Virus record (IMG/VR): IMGVR_UViG_3300050821_009780
Span: 32,001-96,000 of that record
Length of the DNA: 64,000 nucleotides
Strand: one strand, 5' to 3'
From: a virus
Shown here: positions 9,846 to 18,666 of the stretch, one piece after another
How the letters are laid out: each line of letters opens with the position of its first letter
Numbering within the stretch: position 1 is the stretch's first letter
Made by a program: the position numbers and the translations under genes
The notes under the pieces: model-generated
Databases searched by the model: none
What the model saw: the letters and a program-made list of their open reading frames with translations, nothing else
What the model was told of the DNA's origin: nothing

Positions 9846-10948
9846 TCAGCCGACCGTCTTGATGTCGAACGACTGCTTCCCGTGCCCGTCCGTCCAGCCG
9901 CTCCGCAGGGCCTCGTAGGAGCCCTGCGCGTTCTTCCGGGCCGCCGCCTCCGTGTCTCCCTGGAACACCCACGCCGGGAGCACGTCGTCCGCCTCCGGCC
10001 CGTACTGCACCAGCTTGTCCAGCCCCGGGTCGGGGGGCGGGTTCAGCCGCGGGTCGTCGCGGTAATCTGCCGCGACCACCGGGCCGCGCATCTCCTCCAG
10101 CTCCCGCTCCTCCGGGGTCAGCTTCCGGACGCTGCCGGTTCCGTCTATGGAAATCGCCCGCACCGCCTCCAGCAAGGGGTTCTCCTTCCTGCCCCAGTCC
10201 ACCAGCCCCAGGCCCGCCTGCGCGGCGACGAACAGCGAGACGGTCTTGGCCTGCCACTCGGCCAGGCTGGCCCGCTCCTTCTGCTCTAGACGGCGGCGGG
10301 TGCCCGCCGCTTCCGCGCACTGCCGGAGCCGGCAGACGGGGAGATCGAGGAGGTACTCGTCGCTCCATCCGTACTCGGCGCTGAGGAGGTCGAAGAGGCT
10401 GGCGTAGGCTCCGGCAAGTGAAGATCCTGGGCTTCGGGTGCCGTCTCCGCCTGGCCCATCCCGGTGGCCTTCTTCGCCACCGTCCACAGGGCCCGGAGCT
10501 TTTTTCCCAGGGACTGCAGCTCGGGTGCCTCGTTCGCGACAATCACCTCGAACAGCGCGAGGGTGTCCCCGACCTCCGGGTTAAACAGCTCCTCGTTGAA
10601 CCGGTCCCACAGCTCCTGGTTGTGCTCGGACTCCTGCTTGGTGATGTGCTGCGGCTTCTTCTCGCTCAGCCCGGCGGGCTTGCACATGGACTGCAGGAAC
10701 GCGACGGTCTCCTGCTCGGCGTCGGGGACGGAGACCAGCAGCAGGCCGAGCAGCTTCTGCCCGAACGCGGCCTGGTCCTCGTTGAAATCGAGCTGGGCGA
10801 TGGCGGGTCCGGCACCGCGGGTGAGGATGCGGAGCAGCCGGAACATCTGCCGGGTCTTCAGCCGCACCACCTCGACGGGGAACCCCGACTCCAGCTTGAC
10901 GGTGACTGCTTCCGGATCGATTCTGTCCAGCTCGGACTCTGCTGCCAC
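9846..10948 (-). CDS. Tail assembly chaperone, -1 frameshifted long form (gpGT-like)
   Basis: ORF 9846..10487 lies in the -1 frame of 10286..10948 just after a slippery site. It contains LFDLLSAEYGWSDEYLLDLP, typical of T domains. Confidence 0.85.
10286..10948 (-). CDS. Tail assembly chaperone (gpG-like)
   Basis: Lies between major tail and tape measure; SD GGAGG upstream; contains the slippery LGKK. Confidence 0.88.
   Translation of the reverse strand: MAAESELDRIDPEAVTVKLESGFPVEVVRLKTRQMFRLLRILTRGAGPAIAQLDFNEDQAAFGQKLLGLLLVSVPDAEQETVAFLQSMCKPAGLSEKKPQHITKQESEHNQELWDRFNEELFNPEVGDTLALFEVIVANEAPELQSLGKKLRALWTVAKKATGMGQAETAPEAQDLHLPEPTPASSTSSAPSTDGATSTSSISPSAGSGSARKRRAPAAV
10499..10508 (-). 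other. Programmed -1 frameshift site GGGAAAAAAG
   Basis: In-frame CTG GGA AAA AAG contains both G_GGA_AAA and A_AAA_AAG heptamers. Confidence 0.88.
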
Positions 10949-11020
10949 TGGCCCTCCCGGGGACTCTGTGCTTGGCGGACGGCGCTAGCTGCGCTCTACG
11001 GCCCGGTAGATCGGCACCGG

Positions 11021-11049
11021 AACGAAGAAAGGGAGCCCGCAGGCTCCCT
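11021..11049 (-). terminator. Intrinsic terminator after major tail gene
   Basis: AGGGAGCC-TGCG-GGCTCCCT followed by TTCTTCGTT on the minus strand. Confidence 0.75.
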
Positions 11050-11066
11050 CCCTCACGCTGTCAGGA

Positions 11067-11699
11067 CTAGATGACCGCGCCGGAACCGAACTGGCCGATT
11101 TCGGCGGCGGTGAAGGCACCGGTGTTGTTGCCCGGGTAGGAGACCAGGCGGCCGAGCCGGTTGCTGGTGTCGGTGCCGGTGAACGAGCTGCCCTGCTCGT
11201 TCGTGGACGAGAACAGCGCCCTTGCGGAGATTGATACGGAAAGTCCCGTCTTGTACGAGGGTCCCGTGAAGTTGAAGGGCTGGAACTGGCACTTGTACAG
11301 CACGAAGTCCAGCGTGCGGATCGCGCCGCCTGAGTCCTTCGACGGCACCCGCAGCGCCAGCGGCTGCGTCGGCTGGTTCATGGAGTTCAGCGTCCACAGC
11401 GCGACACCGTAGTAGTCGTTCGGCGTGCCGCCGGACGAGGCCACCTGGGTGCCGGTGATCAGGGCGATCGTGGCGAAGGGGACGTAGCCTTCTTCAATGG
11501 TGATGTTGGCGAAGTTGATCCAGAAGTGCTCAGAAAGCACCACGTCGTCGCCGGTGTTCTCGAAGTTGCCCTGGTCGGTGGCGATTGAGCCGTTGCGCAC
11601 CCCGTAGATGCTGGCGTTCTCGGCGCCGGTGCCCTGGGTCAGGATCGCGGCGTGGCTCAAGGAGAAGCCCTCGAAATAGAGGGCATTAGCAGCAGTCAC
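11067..11699 (-). CDS. Major tail (tube) protein
   Basis: 210 aa, Gly/Thr-rich, directly upstream of the chaperones; strong SD GAAAGGA and its own terminator. Confidence 0.8.
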   Translation of the reverse strand: MTAANALYFEGFSLSHAAILTQGTGAENASIYGVRNGSIATDQGNFENTGDDVVLSEHFWINFANITIEEGYVPFATIALITGTQVASSGGTPNDYYGVALWTLNSMNQPTQPLALRVPSKDSGGAIRTLDFVLYKCQFQPFNFTGPSYKTGLSVSISARALFSSTNEQGSSFTGTDTSNRLGRLVSYPGNNTGAFTAAEIGQFGSGAVI

Positions 11700-11737
11700 T
11701 GGCCGGTCCTTTCTCGGCTAACACAGTCCTGCCAGGT

Positions 11738-12127
11738 CTAATCGGCGGAGCGCCGGTCCAGCCAGCGCTGCACGAACGCGGGCTTCTTCTCCAGCCACCA
11801 CACGACGCAGCGCCAGCACATGACGGCGGCGGCCCCGCCGAGGACGAAGATGTCGATCCACGCGGAGGTGACCGGGGTGATGAGGTGCGGGAAGAACACC
11901 AGGAGCGAGCCGGGGACCAGGATGCAGAGCAGCACGATGTCCTTGAGGACGATGGTGGTGCCCACCCGGTCCTTCCACCACGGGGAGGTGAGGGTGTACT
12001 GGACGACGAACAGCAGGAACGCGGCAGTGGCGGCCAGGGTCACATCGCTGACCGCCGTGAGCATCCACGACGGGACCATCGCGTAGGCGGTCACCGTGTC
12101 GTGGACCGGGGCGTGCGATGCCATCAT
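11738..12127 (-). CDS. Membrane protein, holin-like (3 TM)
   Basis: Start re-called at ATG 12127; three hydrophobic segments; FVVQYTLTSPWWKDRVG motif; in the lysis cluster. Confidence 0.6.
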   Translation of the reverse strand: MMASHAPVHDTVTAYAMVPSWMLTAVSDVTLAATAAFLLFVVQYTLTSPWWKDRVGTTIVLKDIVLLCILVPGSLLVFFPHLITPVTSAWIDIFVLGGAAAVMCWRCVVWWLEKKPAFVQRWLDRRSAD

Positions 12128-12345
12128 AGCTTCCTGCCGTTCCCTTCCGTCTTGTCGTACCCGAGCTGCAGCGCGTCCCGGATGATATCTGAGTAGTGGT
12201 TGCGCTGGTTGGCCCGGAGAAGCGGGTGCGCCAGGCGCTGCTCGGTCTCCGCCAGCGCCGCCTGGGAGCGGGCCACCTCGGTCTCGGCGTGCTGCTGCTG
12301 GTCGCGGGCATGCGAAGCGAGGCGCCACAGCCACGGGATCCTCAT
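12124..12345 (-). CDS. Small lysis-cassette protein
   Basis: MRIPWLWRLASH...ANQRNHYSDII; ATGA overlaps with both neighbours. Confidence 0.65.
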   Translation of the reverse strand: MRIPWLWRLASHARDQQQHAETEVARSQAALAETEQRLAHPLLRANQRNHYSDIIRDALQLGYDKTEGNGRKL

Positions 12346-12662
12346 GAGGCGGCACCCTCCTCCGGCACGACGGCCCGCTGGCGGTCCTTCGTGAGATCGC
12401 CGTACGCGTCGCCGGCACGGCTGGCCCGGTGCTCCTCGGCCAGCTGGGTCAGCGCCTGCATGGCCTGCGCCCCGGTCGTCGCCACCTGCTGGAGCCCCTG
12501 GTTGCGCTCCCGCTCCAGGGTCAGCGCATCCTGGAGCTTGTCGTTCGCATCCTTGAGGTTGCGGTAGACCCAGCCGGGCACCAGCATCCCCGACACCATC
12601 AGGACGAACACGAGCCCGAGCGCCCCGAAGTTGAGCAGCCACTGGATGGTCGTAGGATCCAA
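12342..12662 (-). CDS. Membrane protein, holin-like (N-terminal TM plus coiled coil)
   Basis: TTG start after SD AAGGGGAG; LLNFGALGLVFVLMVSGMLVPG followed by a coiled coil. Confidence 0.7.
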   Translation of the reverse strand: MDPTTIQWLLNFGALGLVFVLMVSGMLVPGWVYRNLKDANDKLQDALTLERERNQGLQQVATTGAQAMQALTQLAEEHRASRAGDAYGDLTKDRQRAVVPEEGAAS

Positions 12663-12709
12663 TGCGCTCCCCTTTTGCGGCAGGATGTTCCCTTTTGCTA
12701 ATCGGGGAG

Positions 12710-13627
12710 TCAGCCGCGGAGCCATTCGAGCAGCCGGGCCAGCACGCTGCGCCGGCGATGATGGTGCGCAGGAGGTACAGGAGGCGCAGGGGGCACCGGA
12801 GGCTCCGGCGCGGGGGGCGGGGACGGGAACGGCACCGGGGGCGGCGGCACGGTGGAGGGGAACGGGTTCTGCCCGACGGCCGACTGGAACTCGGCGCCGA
12901 GCACGGCCAGGCTCACGCCCTCCGGGTCGTTCTGGGAGGCAGCGCTCACCCAATCCTGCGACACTACCGGCCACGCCTCGGAGAAGTACCTATCCCAGAA
13001 CGGCCAGGTCACCTGGACGGGGCGGTCCCAGGTCCAGATGACGGGGCCGTTGGCGTTGTATCCGCACACGCAGACGCAGTGCCCGCCGAGAATCCCGCCG
13101 TCGTTCGCCACCACATCCCACTCGTGCCCGGCGTTGAACTGATCCATGGCGGACTGCGGCAGGCCCAGCCCGGCCGACAGGTAGCCGAACTCGGCGACGC
13201 AGACCATGACGCTGTTGTGGTTGGCGAGGCCGGCCAGCTGCCCGTAGGCGGCGACCCGGTGGCCGCCCATCCCCTGGGCCTTGAGCAGGGCGAGGGCGCT
13301 GGAGATCATCCATCCCTGGTCGGTCGGGTTGTTCCCGGGCGGGCCGGCGTTAGGGCTGAACCCGGACTGCTCGTACGCCTGCTCGACCACGACATCGGGG
13401 ACGACAGCCTCGGTGCCCTGCCCGTAGAAGGTGATGCCCTGGACGATGTTCGCATCGCAACTGCAAGTGCAGCACCCGTACAAATCATTAAGGTGCATCC
13501 CGATGACCGGGACCTGGCTGTACCAGTCGGCCGAGTCGGGCGGGGCGACGGCGCGCAGCGCGGTGTCGAACCGCGGCCGGGGCAGCTCGCGGGGGGTTGG
13601 GTTCCACCCGTGGCGGAAGGTGACCAC
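12710..13627 (-). CDS. Papain-like cysteine peptidase, probable endolysin
   Basis: DW..NDLYGCCTCS (catalytic Cys region), GGHCVCVCGYN (His), WTW; Pro-rich C-terminal tail; upstream of the holin-like genes. Confidence 0.65.
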   Translation of the reverse strand: MVTFRHGWNPTPRELPRPRFDTALRAVAPPDSADWYSQVPVIGMHLNDLYGCCTCSCDANIVQGITFYGQGTEAVVPDVVVEQAYEQSGFSPNAGPPGNNPTDQGWMISSALALLKAQGMGGHRVAAYGQLAGLANHNSVMVCVAEFGYLSAGLGLPQSAMDQFNAGHEWDVVANDGGILGGHCVCVCGYNANGPVIWTWDRPVQVTWPFWDRYFSEAWPVVSQDWVSAASQNDPEGVSLAVLGAEFQSAVGQNPFPSTVPPPPVPFPSPPPAPEPPVPPAPPVPPAHHHRRRSVLARLLEWLRG

Positions 13628-13753
13628 GCAGGCTCCAGACGCGAATGAGGGCCGGGCCTTCCGGCCTGACCCTCAGATCGTCTGTTGAGCGGCCCCGGTG
13701 AGGTCGTCGCCGGCAGGGGCCATCCACCGCCGCGTGGGCCTTTCCCGGGGCCG

Positions 13754-14011
13754 CTAGTCACTGGTACGGCCGGCGAAGCCCGCCCCCGTCCTGCGCCAGC
13801 ACCCGCAGCTGACGGTGGGGTAATCGCGGCGGGTCAGGTTCACGATGGCCACCAGCTTCACGGTGCCGCAGCGCAGGCACCGCACCTTCGCGGCCCGGCA
13901 CCCCTTCGGCCTGGCCCGGGTGCGGGCGACGCGGCCGGCCTCCGGGTCCAGCACCTGCAGGAAGCCGAACATGTCTCCCGCAGCCAGGTAGACCTCGATA
14001 CGTCTGCCCAC
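13754..14011 (-). CDS. Stand-alone N-terminal (DNA-binding, Cys-rich) domain of an HNH homing endonuclease; likely remnant
   Basis: GDMFGFLQVLD..VRCLRCG..L..SCGCWR matches GDRFERLEVVD..CVCDCG..L..SCGCWR of 30911..31582, but the HNH core is absent. Confidence 0.6.
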   Translation of the reverse strand: MGRRIEVYLAAGDMFGFLQVLDPEAGRVARTRARPKGCRAAKVRCLRCGTVKLVAIVNLTRRDYPTVSCGCWRRTGAGFAGRTSD

Positions 14012-14014
14012 GGC

Positions 14015-14272
14015 TTACCAGGACCGGTACCAGATGTGCATGGTGATCGCTGCCACGAAGAACCCCCAGAGAACGAGCGACGCCCACCAGGCGGCACCGT
14101 GCCCGCTGACCTCCAGCGCCCGGGTCACGCCCAGCTCGTGCCAGCAGTAGTCGCTGAGCGTGTTCTTCGCCTGGCCCGCAGCGAGCGCGAACACCTCGAC
14201 GGGCAGGAACAGGCTGAGCGAGACGAGCAGGTACGCAGGCCAGTAGACCAGGCCCCAGGTCGGCGCGGGCAT
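14015..14272 (-). CDS. Small 2-TM membrane protein
   Basis: ATG 14272 lies 10 nt after a CGAT motif; two hydrophobic helices. Confidence 0.7.
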   Translation of the reverse strand: MPAPTWGLVYWPAYLLVSLSLFLPVEVFALAAGQAKNTLSDYCWHELGVTRALEVSGHGAAWWASLVLWGFFVAAITMHIWYRSW

Positions 14273-14286
14273 GTCCGGGGAAATCG

Positions 14287-14631
14287 TCACTCCGGCCGGC
14301 CGTAGCCGAACCAGCACTTGATATCTCCGACCGCGTAGCCGGAAATGCTGTCCTGCCTGAACGGGTACGCGGCCAGCAGGGACGTGTACGGACGCTGCCC
14401 CCAGGTGGCGCTGAACCCGACCGGTTCACCATCGCGGTTCCGCACCAGGTCCCAGCGCGCCCCGCAGTCCGGGCACCGGCCCTCCAGGTCCAGCGGCCAC
14501 TGCGCCCGGCCCGGCCCGGTGACGAAGAACGGGCAGAACCCCTCCGCGATCATGCACAGTGCCTCGCGGGCCTCGGCGGTCGGGGTGAACCACTCCTGCG
14601 GGAACGCCCGGAGACGGGCGGGCTTGCTCAC
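14287..14631 (-). CDS. Hypothetical protein with CPxCG motif
   Basis: Fills the operon; GTGA overlap with the upstream gene. Confidence 0.55.
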   Translation of the reverse strand: MSKPARLRAFPQEWFTPTAEAREALCMIAEGFCPFFVTGPGRAQWPLDLEGRCPDCGARWDLVRNRDGEPVGFSATWGQRPYTSLLAAYPFRQDSISGYAVGDIKCWFGYGRPE

Positions 14632-14817
14632 AGGCCGGACACCTCCAGCATCATGCCCATCACGTACGCCACGTTGTAGTCGGCCTGCAGGCAGCGGCGG
14701 CAGACGCTAGGAGACGCTGCAGTAGCGCAGCCTCGGGCACTCGTCGTACGACCGCCGCTCGTACCAGTCCACGGCGGTATCCAGGTAACGGCTCTCACGC
14801 CGCTCGGCACTAACCAC
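14628..14817 (-). pseudogene. Small Cys-rich gene split by a 10-nt insertion
   Basis: The frames of ORFs 14707..14940 and 14628..14810 join into a 59-aa protein (..ECPRLRYCSVCRRCLQADYNV..) if 10 nt at the AGCGTCT direct repeat are removed. Confidence 0.5.
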
Positions 14818-15232
14818 CCGGCAGCTCTCCGCCGAACTCGCCGTCAACTCCCGGGAGGCAGGCGAGCCACTGCCCGGCCTCCGCCGGCAGAGGGCTGCCG
14901 CTGCCCAGGACAGCGCAGTGCGCCAGGCTGATGCCGACAACCCCGTGCTCCTCCGCCATCGCGGTATCGGTGGTCTTCTCGTACCCCTCGCGGACCTCCA
15001 GCAGCCAGCCGGCCGCGTCGCTCCACGGGGTGAGCACCTGCGGGAACTCGCCGGTGGCAGGGTACGCCCGCCACCGGCGTGATCCGGGGAGCCGCTCGGT
15101 GCGGCCCAGCAGGACCGAGCCGTCGGCGTGCGGCTCCCCGAGCCACACCGCGTACCAGGTGGGGTAGCGGGAGTACGCGGCGGTGCCGCGCTTCAGCACC
15201 TCGCGGTGCAGGTCCGGCCGCTGCCTGCGCAT
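14810..15232 (-). CDS. Hypothetical protein
   Basis: MRRQRPDLHREVLKRG..; operon-consistent. Confidence 0.6.
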   Translation of the reverse strand: MRRQRPDLHREVLKRGTAAYSRYPTWYAVWLGEPHADGSVLLGRTERLPGSRRWRAYPATGEFPQVLTPWSDAAGWLLEVREGYEKTTDTAMAEEHGVVGISLAHCAVLGSGSPLPAEAGQWLACLPGVDGEFGGELPGG

Positions 15233-15243
15233 CCCGCCCACGG

Positions 15244-15714
15244 CTACTTCTTCTTGCTCTTGGTGCGGCGCGCGTCGATGGCGCGCTGCTTGGCCAGGGA
15301 CGTGCCGCGGGCGGCGAAGCCGCGCTCCAGCAGCTCCAGCCGCACTTCCGCACGGCGCTCCCGGCTCATGGCCGCGCCGTCGCAGGCTTCCGGGGGCAGC
15401 AGATAACCGGGCACCAGGGTGTAATCGTAGCCGCTGCGCCCGCCCGGCATCAGCGTGCCATCCTTGACGCCGACGAGCTTGCGCAGCACCACGCCGCACC
15501 GCTCGCACGGGGCCTCGATGACGCAGACACCGCGCCGCACCTCCAGGCTAGTCCTCGGGTCGTTGTACCCGGGGATGATGTGCCGTCCGTTGCGGCACTC
15601 CAGGTAGCTGGTGTCCGCCGTCTCCAGCCACGCGCGGAACGACTCCTCGCGCTGGCGGGCGATTTCCGGCGGCGTGCTGCCGACGAGGGTGAACTTCCTT
15701 CTTGCTGCGGTCAT
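15244..15714 (-). CDS. Hypothetical Zn-binding protein
   Basis: SD GGAGG; ECRNGRH..CERCG motif. Confidence 0.7.
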   Translation of the reverse strand: MTAARRKFTLVGSTPPEIARQREESFRAWLETADTSYLECRNGRHIIPGYNDPRTSLEVRRGVCVIEAPCERCGVVLRKLVGVKDGTLMPGGRSGYDYTLVPGYLLPPEACDGAAMSRERRAEVRLELLERGFAARGTSLAKQRAIDARRTKSKKK

Positions 15715-15731
15715 TTGCGACCGACCTCCCT

Positions 15732-15986
15732 TTAAGCGGTGGCACTCCGCCTGCTGCGGTGCAGCTGCCTTTCCCTCGGCGTCGTGCCTCCCCATATTCC
15801 ATACGCCTCCGGGTAGCCGATGGCGTAGTCCCGGCATGCCAGCCGGACCGGGCACGCACTGCACACCGCCTTGGCGGCGATGACCCGCTTGCGGTAGCGG
15901 CGGTCGGTGAGGTCGGTGAACTCGATGAAGAACATCTCGGTCGGCAGCCCGGTGCAGGCCGCTCCCTCTGCCAGGTGCTGCAGCAT
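15732..15986 (-). CDS. whiB: WhiB-family Fe-S transcription factor
   Basis: AAC..MFF..AKAVCSACPVRLAC..YGIWGGTTPRER: four Cys plus G[IV]WGG. Confidence 0.95.
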   Translation of the reverse strand: MLQHLAEGAACTGLPTEMFFIEFTDLTDRRYRKRVIAAKAVCSACPVRLACRDYAIGYPEAYGIWGGTTPRERQLHRSRRSATA

Positions 15987-15990
15987 GCGG

Positions 15991-16218
15991 TCAGCCCTTC
16001 CGGGCGGTCTTCCACGCACAGGTGCACCAGGGAAACTCACTGCCCTCCCGGCGGGCCACAGGGTAACGGGTCACCAGGCAGAACTCACGGTGCCCGGCTA
16101 TCCGGGCGGCCCGCACGGCAGCCTCCTCGCGCTGCTGGGCCGCCTCCTCGGCCAGCGACCGGGCGATGGTGTAGCCGGCGAACGCGACGCAGGCTCCGAC
16201 GAACAGCCACTCGAACAC
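15991..16218 (-). CDS. Small membrane protein
   Basis: N-terminal hydrophobic helix. Confidence 0.55.
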   Translation of the reverse strand: MFEWLFVGACVAFAGYTIARSLAEEAAQQREEAAVRAARIAGHREFCLVTRYPVARREGSEFPWCTCAWKTARKG

Positions 16219-16224
16219 AGGGGC

Positions 16225-16503
16225 TCACTCTTCCACTATCAGGGTCTCGATCAGGAGGCCGAGGAAGTCGTACCGGTGCAGCACGCGCTTCACCCTCCTG
16301 CCTGTTTTACGCATCTTGCGGGTGCAGTCGTCGCAGTACAGCTCGATGTGATTATCCGGGTGCACGTACGTCTCCCGCTCGCCGCGCTGCCGGAGCTTGA
16401 ACAGCAGCCGCCCGGGCTGGCAGGTGCCGTCCGCCTTGCGGTAGCCGTCCGGGCAGCGGACAAGGAAGACCTGCTCGTCGGTCACCTCCTGGCGATCGTC
16501 CAT
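16225..16503 (-). CDS. Hypothetical Cys-containing protein
   Basis: Abuts the GT4 stop; VRCP..IELYCDDC. Confidence 0.7.
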   Translation of the reverse strand: MDDRQEVTDEQVFLVRCPDGYRKADGTCQPGRLLFKLRQRGERETYVHPDNHIELYCDDCTRKMRKTGRRVKRVLHRYDFLGLLIETLIVEE

Positions 16504-17808
16504 CTACCGCACCGGGACGGGGCCGAGTTCCTCCTCGCGGCGGCAGGCCATGGCGGTGTCGTAGACCTGCGCGCCGACGCCGTTGCTGGTCACCTCGTCG
16601 CGGATGCGGCGGAAGAGGTTCTCCACCACCACCGACCAGTCGCACAGCTTCGGGATCAGCTCGGCGGCCTTCTGCCCCTTATCCCTGGCCTCGCTGCGGT
16701 GCGTGTAGATGTGCCAGATGGTCTCGGCGAGGTGCTCCACGCTGACCTTGGCATCGTGCGCGCCCCACGGGCAGTATCCGAAGGTGGCGCCGAGCTTGTA
16801 GTCCAGCGGGTAGGCCCAGTCCCCGCCCATCCACATGGTGTGGCCGCCGAAGTTGGTGGCCGCGACCGCCCCGGCGGTGGACATGAACTCCAGGGCGGGC
16901 AGGTTCTTGCCCTCGCCGCGGCTGGGGGCGAGCAGGCAGTGGCTGGCGGCGTACATGTCCTTGACGCCCTGCACGTCCAGGGACGACACGAACACCTTGA
17001 TGCCGGCGTGCGCGAACGGCAGGTTCAGCTCAGGGAACAGGGTGCCGGGAAGGCTGGTGTGCAGCGCGAGGCGGGCATCGGCGAACGCCCCGCCCTTCTC
17101 GTCCTTGAGCTTGTGCCACGCCTCGATGACGAGCCACGGCTGCTTGCGGGCGTTGAGCGCCCCGTGCATGAGGAACTGGAACCGGTCACTGTGCCAGTCG
17201 CGCTCGACCGGGCGCCACAGCGAGGAGTCGTAGCCGCCCTGGAGGATGCCGGACTTGACGGTCTTGGGGATGAACGGCGCGAACGAGGCGAGGGACACCG
17301 GGTCGTAGCCGAGCACCAGATCGTACCAGCGGAGCCGCTCGCGGAAGCTGGACTTCTGCTTGGCGTGCGGGTACAGCCCGGAGGCCGGGGGCTTCCGGCA
17401 GTTCCGGCAGCCGGGGACGCCCAGCTCGTTCTTGCCGTTCTCCTTCAGGTGCCTGGCGCACGGGCGGAGGATGGGCACGCCATCCTCGCGGAACTCCGGC
17501 GGCGGGGCGAACTCCCACATGGACCAGCCGACCGCGACCCGGGCGCTGGCCCGGGCCTCGCGGGTGATGAGCAGGTGGTCGGGGTCCCAGTGGTTGATGA
17601 GCAGGTCCCACGGGCCGTACAGGGTCTTGCCGAACAGCGGCATGAGGTCGGCCGGGATGGGCACATCCAGCCAGGTGGGCTGGACGTACACGTCGCAGCC
17701 CCAGCGGTGCAGCGCGCGGACCAGGCCGAAGCCGTCGTTGCCGTATCCGGAGTACTGCGAGAAGGGGGCTAAAGCCTTAACACAGACCTTCAAAGGCCGG
17801 TTAAGCAT
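16504..17808 (-). CDS. Glycosyltransferase, GT-B fold (GT4-like)
   Basis: SGYG N-terminus, ARK, LLAPSRGEGKNLPALEFM (E-x7-E). Confidence 0.9.
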   Translation of the reverse strand: MLNRPLKVCVKALAPFSQYSGYGNDGFGLVRALHRWGCDVYVQPTWLDVPIPADLMPLFGKTLYGPWDLLINHWDPDHLLITREARASARVAVGWSMWEFAPPPEFREDGVPILRPCARHLKENGKNELGVPGCRNCRKPPASGLYPHAKQKSSFRERLRWYDLVLGYDPVSLASFAPFIPKTVKSGILQGGYDSSLWRPVERDWHSDRFQFLMHGALNARKQPWLVIEAWHKLKDEKGGAFADARLALHTSLPGTLFPELNLPFAHAGIKVFVSSLDVQGVKDMYAASHCLLAPSRGEGKNLPALEFMSTAGAVAATNFGGHTMWMGGDWAYPLDYKLGATFGYCPWGAHDAKVSVEHLAETIWHIYTHRSEARDKGQKAAELIPKLCDWSVVVENLFRRIRDEVTSNGVGAQVYDTAMACRREEELGPVPVR

Positions 17809-17814
17809 TGGGCA

Positions 17815-18402
17815 TCACCTCTTCGTCGCGGCCAGATAGGCCGCTATCTCGTCGGAGAACTGCTCGTACCAGCCCAGCGAACCATTGCACTTCGTGCACA
17901 ACAGTCCCCGGACACACTTGCCGCAGGAAGTAGGGCCTGAGCAACAGCGCCTATCGTGATCAACAGCAAAGTGCATGAACACGAACTTAGAACCGCGACG
18001 CTCGCCCTCAGCCATCTCCTGCAAGGACCGACTGCATATCCGACAACGTCCTTGCTGCTCGTCGTACATGCGCCAGTAGTCATCAGGATCTATGTTGAAC
18101 TGACGACGCAGCTTCCGCTCCCAGCGGGCATCAGCTTCCCGGGCTACCCGCTCAGTATCACGAGCATGCCAGGAAGCCTTCGCGTACTCGCGCCTACAGT
18201 CCTTGCACGGCACCATGAGACGACCATCTGGATACTTATAGAAGTCGTCTCTATCCTTCTCACGAGTGCACTGATAGCACGTCTTACGAGTCGGACGACA
18301 GGAAGGCCCGCAGTGCTTCTGAACTGAGCCTGTCGGCTGAAACTCTTCTCCGCAGCCAACGCACACCCTAGTAGGCCACTTAAAGTCAGGAGGTCTAACC
18401 AT
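17815..18402 (-). CDS. Endonuclease VII-family free-standing homing endonuclease
   Basis: YWRMYDEQQGRCRIC..AVDHD..VRGLLCTKCNGSLG; visibly lower GC than its flanks. Confidence 0.9.
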   Translation of the reverse strand: MVRPPDFKWPTRVCVGCGEEFQPTGSVQKHCGPSCRPTRKTCYQCTREKDRDDFYKYPDGRLMVPCKDCRREYAKASWHARDTERVAREADARWERKLRRQFNIDPDDYWRMYDEQQGRCRICSRSLQEMAEGERRGSKFVFMHFAVDHDRRCCSGPTSCGKCVRGLLCTKCNGSLGWYEQFSDEIAAYLAATKR

Positions 18403-18504
18403 TCTCCTGCCTACAGACCTTAAGCGGGCGCTGCTGCACTTGCTCCTCCAGGGAGTCTCTGTTGAATGCTGCGCCCTTCGCGTATCGTCCGGGTTCTCCG
18501 GCGA

Positions 18505-18666
18505 TCAGCCCATCTCGGCGAACAGCCGCTCGACGGCGGTCAGGTTCCGCTCCCCGGCGCGGGGCAGCCGGCCATGGTAGCCGAAGAACTGCAGGCACCA
18601 GCCGCAGTAGACCCGGTCGGGCAGCACGCTCCAGTGCCGGCAGTTGAAGCAGTAGTTCTCAGGCAC
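18505..18666 (-). CDS. Small Cys-rich protein (53 aa, not in ORF track)
   Basis: MPENYCFNCRHW..YCGWCLQFF..; SD GAGGT; overlaps the upstream stop. Confidence 0.6.
   Translation of the reverse strand: MPENYCFNCRHWSVLPDRVYCGWCLQFFGYHGRLPRAGERNLTAVERLFAEMG

Noticed and set aside
17782-18421. Group I intron around EndoVII
   Set aside because: The ORF fills almost the whole insert, leaving no room for a ribozyme core, and the GT start is rebuilt downstream.
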